Shown: positions 15,434 through 27,098 of the stretch, one piece after another
Layout of the letters: every line of letters starts with the position of its first letter
How positions within the stretch are numbered: the stretch's first letter is position 1
Source of the DNA: Bigelowiella natans CCMP2755
Taxonomy: Eukaryota > Protista > Cercozoa
Direction of reading: 5' to 3'
Assembly (NCBI GenBank): GCA_000320545.1
Contig: ADNK01000006.1
Location: 1 to 55,712, forward strand
DNA: 55,712 nucleotides
Program-made: the position numbers and the translations under genes
The notes under the pieces: generated by a model
The model's input: only the letters and a program-made list of their open reading frames with translations
Databases searched by the model: none
What the model was told of the DNA's origin: nothing

Positions 15434-16521
15434 GAAGACGATGCCAATGACGAAGATGAATCTGGCAGCACCCATTCTTGAAGAGGGACGTCTCGAACGT
15501 GTTGTTTGTGATCGGGGGTTGGCCGAAGGGTGGTATGTGATTGAAATAAAATGGAACCTCCGCCCATCGTGCCTGTCAAGCGATGGTGAGATCAAAGGAA
15601 GAAAGGAAGGAAGGCAAACAAAGCAGCACGCATTACACAAAAATGGGTTGTCATCGGTCGCTTTTATCACTAGCTGCTGTCTTGTATCATATCATTCATA
15701 ATGTGCTCAGCCCTCCGTACCATGAAGACATCTGCGTTGAAGTTGAAGCTGATATTGGCAAATCTCGATGATCCCGGATTGAGATCGGTCACCTTGACAA
15801 CAGATTGTGAGAAGATGAAAACTGATGGTAATAATGGTGGTGGTGTGAAGTTGTTTATGTAAATATCGTTTTAATATATGGGTATATGATGAGGGTGGAA
15901 CGACGTACGAAGGGGGCGATGAGATTCCAGTAGCTTCGAGCCAGATCGCATTGGCTGTATGCATCAAAGAGGAGGAAGAAAAGAAAAGATGAGACAAATA
16001 TGCGAAAACAGGGGAGAATAGTAAAATCATGTGAGAATATAGCTCGAAAACGTGTGGTGTGCCGATGGGTAAGGCCTGCAGCAAAAGGTTAAACACGCAC
16101 ACACATACACACACGCACATATGTTAGTAGTGATACCCAGGAGAGGCAAAATAGCAGAAATCACATCTCCGCCTCGCCTGACAGCATTGCTCTGGATGCG
16201 ACCTGTGGTAAAATGGTGTGAAAGCGGAAGAAGTTGATAGCATTATTGAAGGGAACAAATACTTGAAAGAACCAAAAGAATGTATTTCTCATAGAAACTC
16301 ATCTAAGTTACACGCACGCGCAGCATCGTGAATGTTGTCCGTGGCTGTTGAAGTACCCAAAATGAAGTGCTCCGTTAGGGCTTAGAGCAACAACTCTCTC
16401 TCCACCATTGACGCTCCTAAGGGGGAGGAGGAGGAGGAGGAGGAGGAGGAGGAGGAGGAAGAGGATTTGGCTGTTGAACTAGTTCTGACGTTTAGTTGTA
16501 CTTATTTTCTTTCATTCTCCC

Positions 16522-16554
<33 letters not shown>

Positions 16555-17194
16555 ATGTACTTTCCAAACATTGCAATCAGGACTAGAATCGAACTTCACG
16601 CCAATCAGCACGTAAGTTTGTAAATCATAATCCTGGAGAAATCAACTGACCAAGGAAAGGTGAATGGAAGAGGCACTCTGTCGAAGCATCCGTCATCCTG
16701 GTTACTCACAAAGCTACGCTTCCATCCCCCGCTATCTTGATTACCTGAATTAAGTAAAAACTGTCAGCGATCGATAAAAAGTGAGTATTATCCGGGAAGA
16801 TCTTGCGAAAAAAATGGGCCTTTCATTCGATTAGTATTTCCGTTTGGTGCGTGTATGGAATCATACTAGATGGAGAGCTGCCGATCATACTTTTTAGTTC
16901 TGCACCGCTGTAGTCCAAAATCTGATGACAATGAGGTAAGTGGAATTGTTTTGGCTTCATTAAAGGGTCGACATTTTCAATGGTCTGTTCTAAGCTCTCA
17001 CTCCTTCATATAAAAATTTTCCTTTGAATACTGGTTCTTAATGCATGTAATAATGTATTCCCCTCCTACTGGACTGGTGGTTGTAAGAGCAAACATGCGA
17101 CCTCATCGTACGTCTTCACAATGAAGCACGCCTGTTGCTCAGATCTATAGATCGGCGGAATCAGGGCGAGGATAACGAGAATGGGCGACTTCAT
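3590..17194 (-). CDS. Large multi-exon Cys-rich single-pass (type I) membrane protein with NIDO-like segment(s) and DCxGxCxG repeats
   Basis: ATG 17194 gives signal-like MKSPILVILALIPPIYRSE. Exons include DDGCFDRVPLPFTFPW (~16650-16745), ALSPNGALHF (~16380), DCTGTYSGTARIDDCGLCVEGST (~9460-9530), DCAGIGNGDAYIDDCGTCVGGST (~4540-4630). Spliced TM YYIALLSISTIFIACAAYLYATG, short tail, stop at 3590-3592. Internal exons not all resolved. Confidence 0.6.
3680..16560. repeat. Dense intronic microsatellites: (CA)n, (TA)n, (GA)n, (CAT)n, (TAC)n, (GAA)n, (GGA)n
   Basis: Directly visible in most introns of this gene. The same pattern occurs at 17880-23570, 28850-31230, 37980-40940 and 54170-55510. Confidence 0.95.
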
Positions 17195-17694
17195 GGTTCC
17201 ACCAGAGCGCACGAGGCCTCGCTACGTTCTCTCACGAAGACTAGATGGGCCTTTTGATATGCAGGGATGTGGGAATGGGTTTCTTTGCAGATCCAACAGT
17301 TGAACCGGTTCGTACGATCGATCGATCGATTTTGGTGCAACATCGGAATAAGATTCAACTCCATCCGAAATATCTCCAATGAGCAATAATTCACCTAGAT
17401 TCTATAAATGCGACACCACAAAATTGTTGCCTCAATCAATGCCTTTGCTCTATCCCAGTTATCGCTGAAATCATGAGTCTAGGACCAGTAAGATTTTTTT
17501 TTCACGATGTTTTTCGGTGATACTTCCCGTTTCTGATACGGCGAATGCTCCCATATGTGTTTTTCGTTAAACCTCTGACTTGGATGAAAAACTGATCGGA
17601 TAGATTTACCGCGTAAATAACTGAAGTAAAAATGTCTAACTACAAAACTGATCAATCGATGCCTCCCCCGATGACGGACGGCTAAGTAGTTCGC

Positions 17695-18007
17695 ATGGGG
17701 GCGGTAGATTACCGCCGAAGCGGTCAGCGTTGTCTGCCAACGATCCTGCTTCTCATGATAGTGATGGGATTCCTCCTTCCTTCCTCTCCCCTCCAACCCC
17801 GCGAGAGGGTGGTGCCAACATCACTAACGTCGTCGAAACCCTCGCTTTTCGGGTCCTTCTTCTCACGCCGAGGAGAAGGAGGAGGAGGAGGAGGAGGAGG
17901 AGGAGGAGGAGGAGGAGGCATCGTTGAATTTGCCACGGGCATTCTGTAAAACCAACTAACAAAAATTAATAAATGTAGAGGGAATATATTAGCGCGAAAG
18001 AAAAGGA

Positions 18008-18040
<33 letters not shown>

Positions 18041-18417
18041 AAACTGATCTTCATGCAGTGTACAAGGACCGTTGTGTATTTTTTGACCATATATAACAGT
18101 GAAGGTCTTCGTACTCGGCTGTTTGGTACCGAGGATAGAAGTACGGAGGGCGTGAGGTTGCTACCGTCCTCAGACAGAACAAAGCACCGCAGCATGGAAA
18201 ATGGCGAAATGAGGAGAAGGAGCAGCAGTATGATCAACAAGCAGACGCCGCCATTTCAATCGGTGCAACGTGTGTTCGTTGGAGGTTTAGGACCGCATAC
18301 CACCGTGCAGGAAATCAGGACCGCCTTCGAGCCATTTGGGTGAGCATGAGGATCGCATTTAGGGGAAGGTGGAAAACGGTTTCGAGGGAGAAGATCGATA
18401 TGGGGGGTTTATCAGAA

Positions 18418-18493
<76 letters not shown>

Positions 18494-18815
18494 ATATATT
18501 CATATGTAATACTTACGTATATCATGCCTTCTTCTGGTTACTTCTTCCGTATGGTCGTTCTTGCTGACTGTGTGAGAACGTCGGCGGTATGCTTGCAGGC
18601 GTGCGCGTGTGCTTTTGTCCCAAAACGCATCTATCCCTTCAGTGCATGTATAATACTGTGCTGTGCAGGAGAGTTTTCGACGTGCACCTTCCTGGTGCGA
18701 ACACTCAAGATCAGCGAAGCGGGCGTGGTTTTGGCTTTGTGACTCTTGGTGGGATGTCTATACAAGAGCTGAAGAAGAGAGTGCTGGGCAAGGTCATCTC
18801 CTCACAAACCGATGT

Positions 18816-18848
<33 letters not shown>

Positions 18849-19367
18849 TTGATTCTTGTGTACCCGACATTTTTATTCTTAGGGCGCTGTGAGGGTGGGA
18901 ACTCGCTTTGTTGACTGCAAGATAGCAGAGCCCAGTGGAGACTATCAAATTGGTAGTTCTGACGATGGCAACAACCACAGTAGAGGGGGGGAGGAGGCCC
19001 GAAGTTGGTTACGACGGATGGAGAAGACTCGTATGGTTTGCCCACGGTACTAACTAGTAGTAAGTAAGATAATTCGAAGAACTCTACTACCTAGTGGACA
19101 ACTAAGAGGAGGAGGACAATTCCATCTATATTGTATATATACGAAAGCAATTCCATGACGCACAGATATTCGCACACCCACACCTCACATCCTCCTTCAG
19201 GTACTACGGCAACACGGACATGTTGGTAGAGGGGTAATCTCACAGATAATTTGATGATGCACAGTATGACGATGACGCAACAACTATGCAACAATTCACC
19301 ATGTGTTGTTGAGAAACACTCGGCTATGGGGGGGAGGGGGGGAGGATTCCGAGGCAAGAACATGGGG

Positions 19368-19414
<47 letters not shown>

Positions 19415-20879
19415 TTCGCGTTCCAAACAGTGCTCATACGTTGACACCCTTTCCTCGCTCTCCTCCCCCCTCGTGTTTCCGGTGGTGTAGCGGGTTGCTT
19501 ACGGCTGGCAGAAGGGTGTACCAAAGGGACCAAGTCCGCACCGATGGGGTCAGTGACTCTTCCTAATTCATGATGATGATGAGGATGATGATGATGATTT
19601 ATACAAACATGGAGCGTGGTGTTGAACGATCACGCAACCCTTCAGTATACAGTGTGGCCTCTTTCTTTCTTAATGCACGTCGTAGCATGGCAATAATATA
19701 CATAATCTACCAGCTTTGACGTCTGTCTGTTCTAGTATCTATTCGTCCTTCCGACGATGACAACGACGACGACGAAATTAATAGTTTTCTTCAATACGAT
19801 GTCTCTACTAACATACATATCTTTTCAGGGTGTCGGTAAGAAGTTCTACGCACTATCCGAGGAAGAGGCATGGCGCATGGCCTGTGCACTTCCTGACAAA
19901 GTAGCGTACTGCGTGCTCTTGCATGTGCTCCTATTATACACATATATGCCGTTGATTTGGCATTGTTTTTCAACTTAAATAGTGCTAATATTATCATCAT
20001 CACCAGCACCAACATTATGACCATCATCACACAAACCTCCTTCGACTTGCTGTGTGTTAACGCGGTAATCAATGAACGACTTCCCTTCCACCTCCCCCCC
20101 CCCCCCCCCCCCCCCTTAGGAGCGTGACCTCTACGAGACGATCTCTCCTGGTGATTATTACGGAATAATAGAGACGAGGGGCAGGGGCAGAAGAGAGATA
20201 ATTAGAACTTTAAGATATGTGTTATAGAAAGGAATCTTAACACGAATACATACCCACACAAACATCGCTGAAACTCTGGAGAGAGCAACATGTGCAACAT
20301 CTTCTCGGTGTTAGTGTGCCAATGACGGTGTTGGTGATTCTTCTTCTTCTTCTACTTCTTCTTCTTCTTGTTGTTGTTCTCCTTGTTCTTCCTCTTCCCT
20401 CTCTCTCATTTGCCAGGGCTCCCTGTGGCTGCATTCCAAGATGTGGATGGCCACATCACTCCGTTTGCATGTGACGACAAGGACAAGAAGGAGAAGATGC
20501 CCAACATCGGTGAAAATAATAGCTCGATTATTCTCTCCCTTCGGTAAGTTGTTCAGGAAGTAGTAGTCTCGGCCGGTAGAGGGGGGAGGGAGGGGATGCA
20601 CGGGATAATCAATAAACTCTTAAAAATCAAATAAGACGGCATTCATAATGCTACGACAGACAGAGAATCGACCGGCTGTTGCCCCCCCCCTCTGCCTCCT
20701 CCTCCTTCTCATCTTTCCCTTCCTCTTCCTCTTCGTCGTCCTGCTTTCTTATTACCAGGTGGCAGCAGCAACAGCGTGATAGATATCTTCAGTTCATGGC
20801 CCCAGCGGTTGTGCGGTTCTTCGCAGAAAAAGTCGGAGTCAATATCACCCTCCGTGACGTGCTAATTTCAGGTAAAACT

Positions 20880-20951
<72 letters not shown>

Positions 20952-22534
20952 ATATTTGCGTTGTTCCTACACGATCATCATTCCTTTCATCATCATCATC
21001 ATTGTCATCATTGATCATTATATAAACACATTACATTTAACAGATAGCTCTGGATTTGGTTTCAGCTCCCGTGCCGCTTCATTGTCTACCTATTCTCCCT
21101 CTTCTTCTTCTTCTTCTTCTGATCGTCGTCGTCTCCTTCTTTCCGGTGTATATTGGAAACCATCGTTTCACTGGATCATACCAAAGATTAGGTTGTTGTT
21201 GTTGTTGTTGTTTTGGGTTTCTTCGCTAACTCTACATAGTAGCATCTAGCGTATAGAGATATTATGGAATTGACTCTTCTTCCCTCCTCCTCCTCGCTAC
21301 ATACAGATTTAAAAACATAGACGAGCAAAGGCGTTTCTGGCAGAGCTTCAGATCAATATTATCCACCCCTTCCTCTCCCCACTCGCAAAATAGTAGCAGC
21401 AGCCATCACAACAACTTCACCGATGAAAGAAGGCTGATGAGAGAAAGTGACATGACGGGTTTCAGTAAAATGTGGGAAATGGACAACGTCTACACAAGAA
21501 ACAGGTCCTCGGACATGAAGAAGGGGGGGGGGGCAAGGGCGAGCAGTGGGGTTTGCCAGAATACCACTACGCAGTATATTATGCGAAGTATAACGATGAA
21601 TCAAACACGAGGACAAAAATTTGGTGTAAAGTAGTTTGCATACATTATTTATATATCCGTGTGTATTGTATAGTCCACATCATATTATTCATTTATCACT
21701 TAGAGCGTGGCGCATGGCATACAGTGCAAAGCGCACCAACACTCCAAAGTATTTAAACGAGTGGTTTACGGAGAAGAAGAAGGAGGGAGGAGCGTCGGCT
21801 TCCTCTTTGAGTTTCCACCGCCCTCTGGTGAGTGACATGATAGCAGGAGCAGCAGCAGGGAAGAAGAGAGGGGCGAAGAAATCTTAGCTTTTTTGAGATG
21901 GACGGAATTTCCCTTGAATAAAGTGCATAAAATACACCGAGATATATTGATGATAACATGAAAAAATATCATGCCCGATAAAAATGCAAAACATCCCGCA
22001 AGGAAAAAATAACACGAAAATGTATCACAAGACCGATGAGGCAATTATTGTCGTCAACATTATCATCTCGTTGTACTTACTTTTTCTTCTTCTTCTTCTT
22101 CTTAGATTCCATTGGAGCTAGATGGTATAGACAGCAGCAATGGAAGGCTGCGCTACCGTCAAATCCCATTTTCAAAGTAATCATCATAGAATTTGACGAC
22201 GACAGCACAGAGAAAAATACAATAATAATACACGAAATGGCGAATTATGAAGGCTGTTCTTACACTTGAAGTAGTGTCATTGTGAAACTTCGCATACCGC
22301 GCAAACGATCAAGTTGAAATAGACCATCCCACCGTCATTTACTGTTGTATAGATCGATGTGGCAGACGCATTCTGTGCTAAGGGATTATCCTGGAGATGA
22401 ATTCAGCATCGTCAACATGGTCGTCGGAATAGCTAATACAATTGTGTCATCATCATCATCCTCCTCCTCCATCTTGATTTTAGAAGCCTTTCTCTCTCAA
22501 ACCTTCTTCATCTTTTTCTTCCCATTATTTCCAC

Positions 22535-22572
<38 letters not shown>

Positions 22573-23496
22573 AATATAAAAAAATATTTTCTATCTATCC
22601 GCAGACCAAGATCATGAATGAGCGAGGAGGGCTGCTGTCAACCGAAGACGACGACGATGGTGGTGGTCGTTATAGTGAGGCTGAGAAGCGTTTACTACAG
22701 CTCTCTGAGGACGAGATCACGGTAGTAGACGCTCTTTTGTTTCTCTTTCCTTTTCTCTTCATCATCATCATCATCATCGCCGTCGTCGTCGTCATCATCA
22801 TCCTGTACGCATTGATATTTGAAGAAGTGAGCAGCAGCTTGTGTACATGCAAACATGCATACATACAAACGCACTACTCAGACGCATCTTGGCAAGTCGA
22901 TAGGGAGGGTTCTGCGCTGGGCGAAGACGCCACGAATGAAGAGGATGAGGTCATCATCATCTCTCGTCGCGTTGTCGCAATCGCCAATGCTCTCGTGCAT
23001 ATTATACCTCGAAATATTAGAGGAAACAATTACTGCAGCCCAGAAATCTCCTGACAAGCACCACCTACAAAATCAACGAATGATTGATTAATAATGATGA
23101 AGGAGAAGAGGTAAGTCTATCCACCCGATATCAGGTATTACTGGCAGATATATCCGGATGTGCCTTGTGTGAGTGGGAAGCAGCACAAAGGTTCGTCCCT
23201 TCCTCTCTCCCAATCATCATTTTCCTTCTTCAGCTCTGCGAGCTCCGTGAGCAGCTAGGCAACATACTGACTTTTTCGTCTACTTCTCCTCCTTCGATAC
23301 AGTCGGGGGAAATAAGATGCTTCTGCGTGCCTCGGGGAATGGCTCTATACTCATCACCTGTCCGGGGAGAAACGTATATTTGCATGCTTACGCCTGTTTG
23401 TCGAGTGTAGCTCTTGAGAAAGTTCCCCAAAATTCTTTATGAAAATGCTACATACGTGACTCTCTCTCTTTCTCCCCCCCCCACGCACGTACATAT

Positions 23497-23569
<73 letters not shown>

Positions 23570-23935
23570 CACAATATATTTTGAATATACTAAATACACC
23601 TAAAAAGTAATAATATTTACTACACATGAAAGTGCTCATCAATTCGGTTCGCACTGCCTGTACCTGCTTCAATCCGTCCGCTGGAAATGCAAAATATGAG
23701 TCTAAAGGACCTTACCGTGGTAATGTTTTACAACCAAAAATACGCTCTATTTAGTCCATACTGATGGTGTTACATATACCATATTTCACCGGTTTTTTTT
23801 TCCCCTTCGCAGCGCAAGTTTTTCTCCAACGGGAGCAAGCAGGAGTTCCCATTTGCTCTGCTCGAGGATGTCGTACCTGAATCTAAGGAAACAGTCGGTC
23901 AACATTCTCATGGCAGCATGGAAGATATCGGATGA
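17695..23935 (+). CDS. RRM-fused PrimPol-family archaeo-eukaryotic primase-polymerase with C-terminal CHC2 (UL52-like) zinc finger and N-terminal signal-like leader
   Basis: Frame-consistent GT-AG exons. RRM: RVFVGGL, RGFGFVT, VDCKIAEP. AEP: GKKFYALSEEEAW..ERDLYETISPGLPVAAFQDVD (DxD at 20440-20448), KPSFH (SxH at 21163-21171), MDNVYTRNRAWRMAYSAK. Zinc finger: CVSGKQH...ITCPGRNC (exons 23135-23190, 23303-23373, 23633-23719). Last exon 23813-23935. Confidence 0.8.
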
Positions 23936-24623
23936 TCGTATTATAATGTTTATTGAATCGTGAGTATATAATGCAGCTTATTAGCCATGTCAATTAGCTA
24001 GCTAGCATTGCTAGATTGCGCTCGCGGCGCCACATGCATGCTAATAATTACATGATGAGAACTTCAGTGTCATCTGCGTGACACACGTATGTGAGAATGC
24101 AACTCGATAAAAAACGGGGCGGCGGGCTAGCTAAATAGCTATATGATAGCGCAGGATCGGGTTGGATGTCGTCCACGCATGCATGTGCGGTGCGCTGTCT
24201 AGCTAGCTAGCTGAGTCTACATGTGTGGCAGTAATGGCAGCTGCTAGAACAATCAGGTGTGTTCTAGTGTGTCTAGCTAGCTAGGTGTGCCGGTTAGCCG
24301 GGCTAGCGGCGTTTGAGTAATTTAGTGCGCTTAGTGTTGTAATTCGCATGCCAGCATGGCATTATGGCATGCATGGTAGCATGTCTAAATGTACATCTAG
24401 ACATCATCAGATTCGCTTATGGATGCTGCGAAAATTACTGCGCCATAAAATAATTTGTGCGGCGCGCGCGCGTGTCCTGCTGTCATCACGCATGCCTTAT
24501 TCTGAAAAAAATTGTTTTGAATTATGCTAAGACTTCAATAACGATGAAAACGTGTCCGTGCAACACGCCCATGCATTGGCAAACATCAAGTTCGCACAGA
24601 AACTTCAGTACTAGCATACGGAT

Positions 24624-24669
24624 GATCAGTTCTCCGATCAGTTCTCCGATCAGTTCTCCGAGCAGTTCT
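24624..24669. repeat. 12-bp tandem repeat GATCAGTTCTCC x3 plus one degenerate copy
   Basis: Read directly from the sequence; lies just 3' of the TPP1 stop codon. Confidence 0.9.
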
Positions 24670-24765
24670 TGGTGAGCATATTTACAACACGGCGGACTCA
24701 AAAGAGATTCTGCTCATCTTTGCCACAATTCATAGACAACCGTATCAAGCTGTTCCCTTTTCAGC

Positions 24766-26553
24766 TTACTCCATAGCAGCCTTGGAGAGCGCCTGATAAT
24801 CAGGAGTTCCAAACCCACTTGCAGCATCCCATCCTTGGATCGCCTTGAAGCCGTAGCCAGTGCCAGCATCGTTCTTTCCACTCTGAACATCTTGGAAAGC
24901 GCTTGGGTTCTTGTAGATGAAGGGGTTGAGGAATCCCATTGGAGACTTTCCAGCGTTGAGGCGGAGGCCATTCAAAAGAGCAAAAACGCCAGCAACAACA
25001 GGGCAAGATGCGCTCGTGCCTGCAACTCCAGCGAATCGGCCGGAGGTGGCTACGCAGTAAGGAGTCTTTGTGCCTCCAAGTGCGGCAACATCAGGATACG
25101 CACGACCTGTGCGGTTCCAGTAGCTCTGAGGAGGCAGGTCAGCGTCCTTGTTATCGAGGTACGATTGGACTGCGCTCGCTTGATACGAAGGAATGTCGAA
25201 AGTGTTGGAGAATCCTCCTCCACCAGCGCTCCATACGCTCTCGGCTCCGATTGAATCGCCCTCAAAGTTTGTGCCCCCAACAGCAGTGATGTAAGGTGAC
25301 GCAGCAGGGAAGTCTGGATTGAAGTGCCTCTTGCTGAACAAGCCACCGCATCCTTCGCGACCGCACACACCCTGATCACCAGAGGCGAATAGAATGGAAC
25401 GTCCCATAGCACCAAGCTTCATGAAAGCTGTGTTGCAAGAGAACATGTACTCAGTTGAGGTTTGCTGTGCCTCATCATTTCCGTATGAGACTGAATGGAT
25501 GTAAGGAGAGGAATCGTCGCTGGTGATTTGGTTAGCCCACTTCAGAAGAGAGTATTGAGAATTGTAGATCACGGTCAAGGGTACGCTTGGTGCAACGCTA
25601 CGGATGTATTCGATATCAAGCTCTGACTCCACACCAGCACTTGGGCTGTTGCCCCCGACTATCTTGTCCACTTCCACATCACGGTGGCAGCTCTTGCTGA
25701 AGGAGTCGATATCGGATGGCTTGAAGTACTGACCTTGGAACTCTGCAACAGCCATGGTGTTATCAGCGGATGCAGTGAGCTTGAGGTCTTTCTCAGAAGT
25801 AGGGAGCTTGTATCGCTGAGCGAGGACTCCAGGAGTGACGAGGCCCTTGCAACCAGCAGCATCACAATCGTTAGGCCAGTTTCCAGACCCGGTGAGGTTA
25901 TTCAATCCAGAGTCGCGGAATCGTGGGAACTGGTAGAGCTCTCCAACCATTATAACATCCTCAGCAATGTCGTCAGGGAGGGAGTATCTGCTGCTGGCGC
26001 GAAGAATGCGAACGTGCCTGTGGGATTTGTGACGGAAAGCGCTGATTCTAGTTTTGAGAGCGAGCTCAGCAGCCTTGACTGGCATCTCGACCTCGATCAT
26101 ATCTCTGTTTGGTGACACCTAAAATTGCAAATTGAGGAATAAGATTCTGTCATATAGCCAACCAATATTTCGAATGTGAATTTTATACCATGCACGTATT
26201 TTGTAACATAAACCTACCGTAGTTCTGATGGCTCCAGCCTGTGCGAAATGAAGGCGCACGCGCTCGACACGGGCTTTAGGTACATCAAGGAGCTCTGTGA
26301 TCTCGGCAACAGAAAGGTGCTTTCCATACCGTTCGTGTGCAGGCTCTGAGACCTCCCAGAATACCTTCTCCAAAGCGCGGCGGTTGCTCTCATCGACTTT
26401 CACAACTGCGGTTAGAGTCATCATTTCGTGAGCATCTGCACGACCTAAGTTCTCCCATCGAGAGGTAGCGGTATTGTGCAGCGGGACGGTGGATTCCAGA
26501 GCCACACGGCCGAAAGCGGAAGGAAGGAGCAGCAGGAGGAGTTGCAGCGCCAT
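24766..26553 (-). CDS. TPP1: Tripeptidyl-peptidase I / sedolisin (peptidase S53) precursor, 2 exons (26553-26218, 26118-24766)
   Basis: Signal peptide MALQLLLLLLPSAFG; pro-domain; catalytic motifs ESELDIEY, SGD, GTSASCP; C-terminal GWDAASGFGTP; in-frame GT-AG intron 26119-26217. Confidence 0.93.
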
Positions 26554-27098
26554 GGTTTCTTAAAATGGTTTTCGCGCAAGGTAGTTGGCATAAAATTGCA
26601 TCATTCCACACAATTTATTGTGAAATTGCCTGCGTTTTACCAATTTTAATTGCATTCTACCATGTCTTAACTATCAAACACAAATCTATTTTATATTCTA
26701 GCGTGCATGGAAATCTGAGGCTGGTCTAGATTCAGACAATGTCTCGGCTCCGACCGTGAATGTTCGGTAATTAATTTGTTGGGCCAATTTTGGTTGTCGT
26801 AAGGGCAAAGTGTATGCAATTTACACTATAAATCAAAGATATTCACCGACTGGTGATGAAATTGGGGGTACGGTAGGTAGTGTACATGTAGATCTAGGTC
26901 GGTACTACCGGATGTTATGGTGAGTGGCTTTTCTTGTTCTTTTTTTCATGGGATGACGCGTGAAAACCTTTCAAATAAATATTTAACGGAGAAACATCTT
27001 ACCGTTTATTCCATGAGGGATATCATTCAAAAACTGTCTATACTCTTTGTCGCATAAACGAAATAGAAGGAGTTTTAACTAGACGTCGTTGCTTCGGC

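Noticed and set aside
5000-16120. Dozens of 60-140 aa ORFs with poly-CV, YI, HT, SL, E, H or I runs
   Set aside because: Translations of intronic microsatellites that lack stops by construction; not genes.
17853-17949. Gly-rich tail of the 17695 ORF suggesting a glycine-rich RNA-binding protein
   Set aside because: The (GGA)n run lies in intron 17853-18099; the phase-2 splice that joins the leader to the RRM removes it.
22950-23054. NIRGNNYC resembling the start of a PrimPol zinc finger
   Set aside because: It is followed by a stop and no His. A better C-H-C-C finger is obtained by treating this stretch as intron and using exons 23135-23719.
24624-24669. Short direct repeats as a possible CRISPR-like or regulatory array
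   Set aside because: Head-to-tail 12-mers without spacers in eukaryotic 3' flank; a simple minisatellite.
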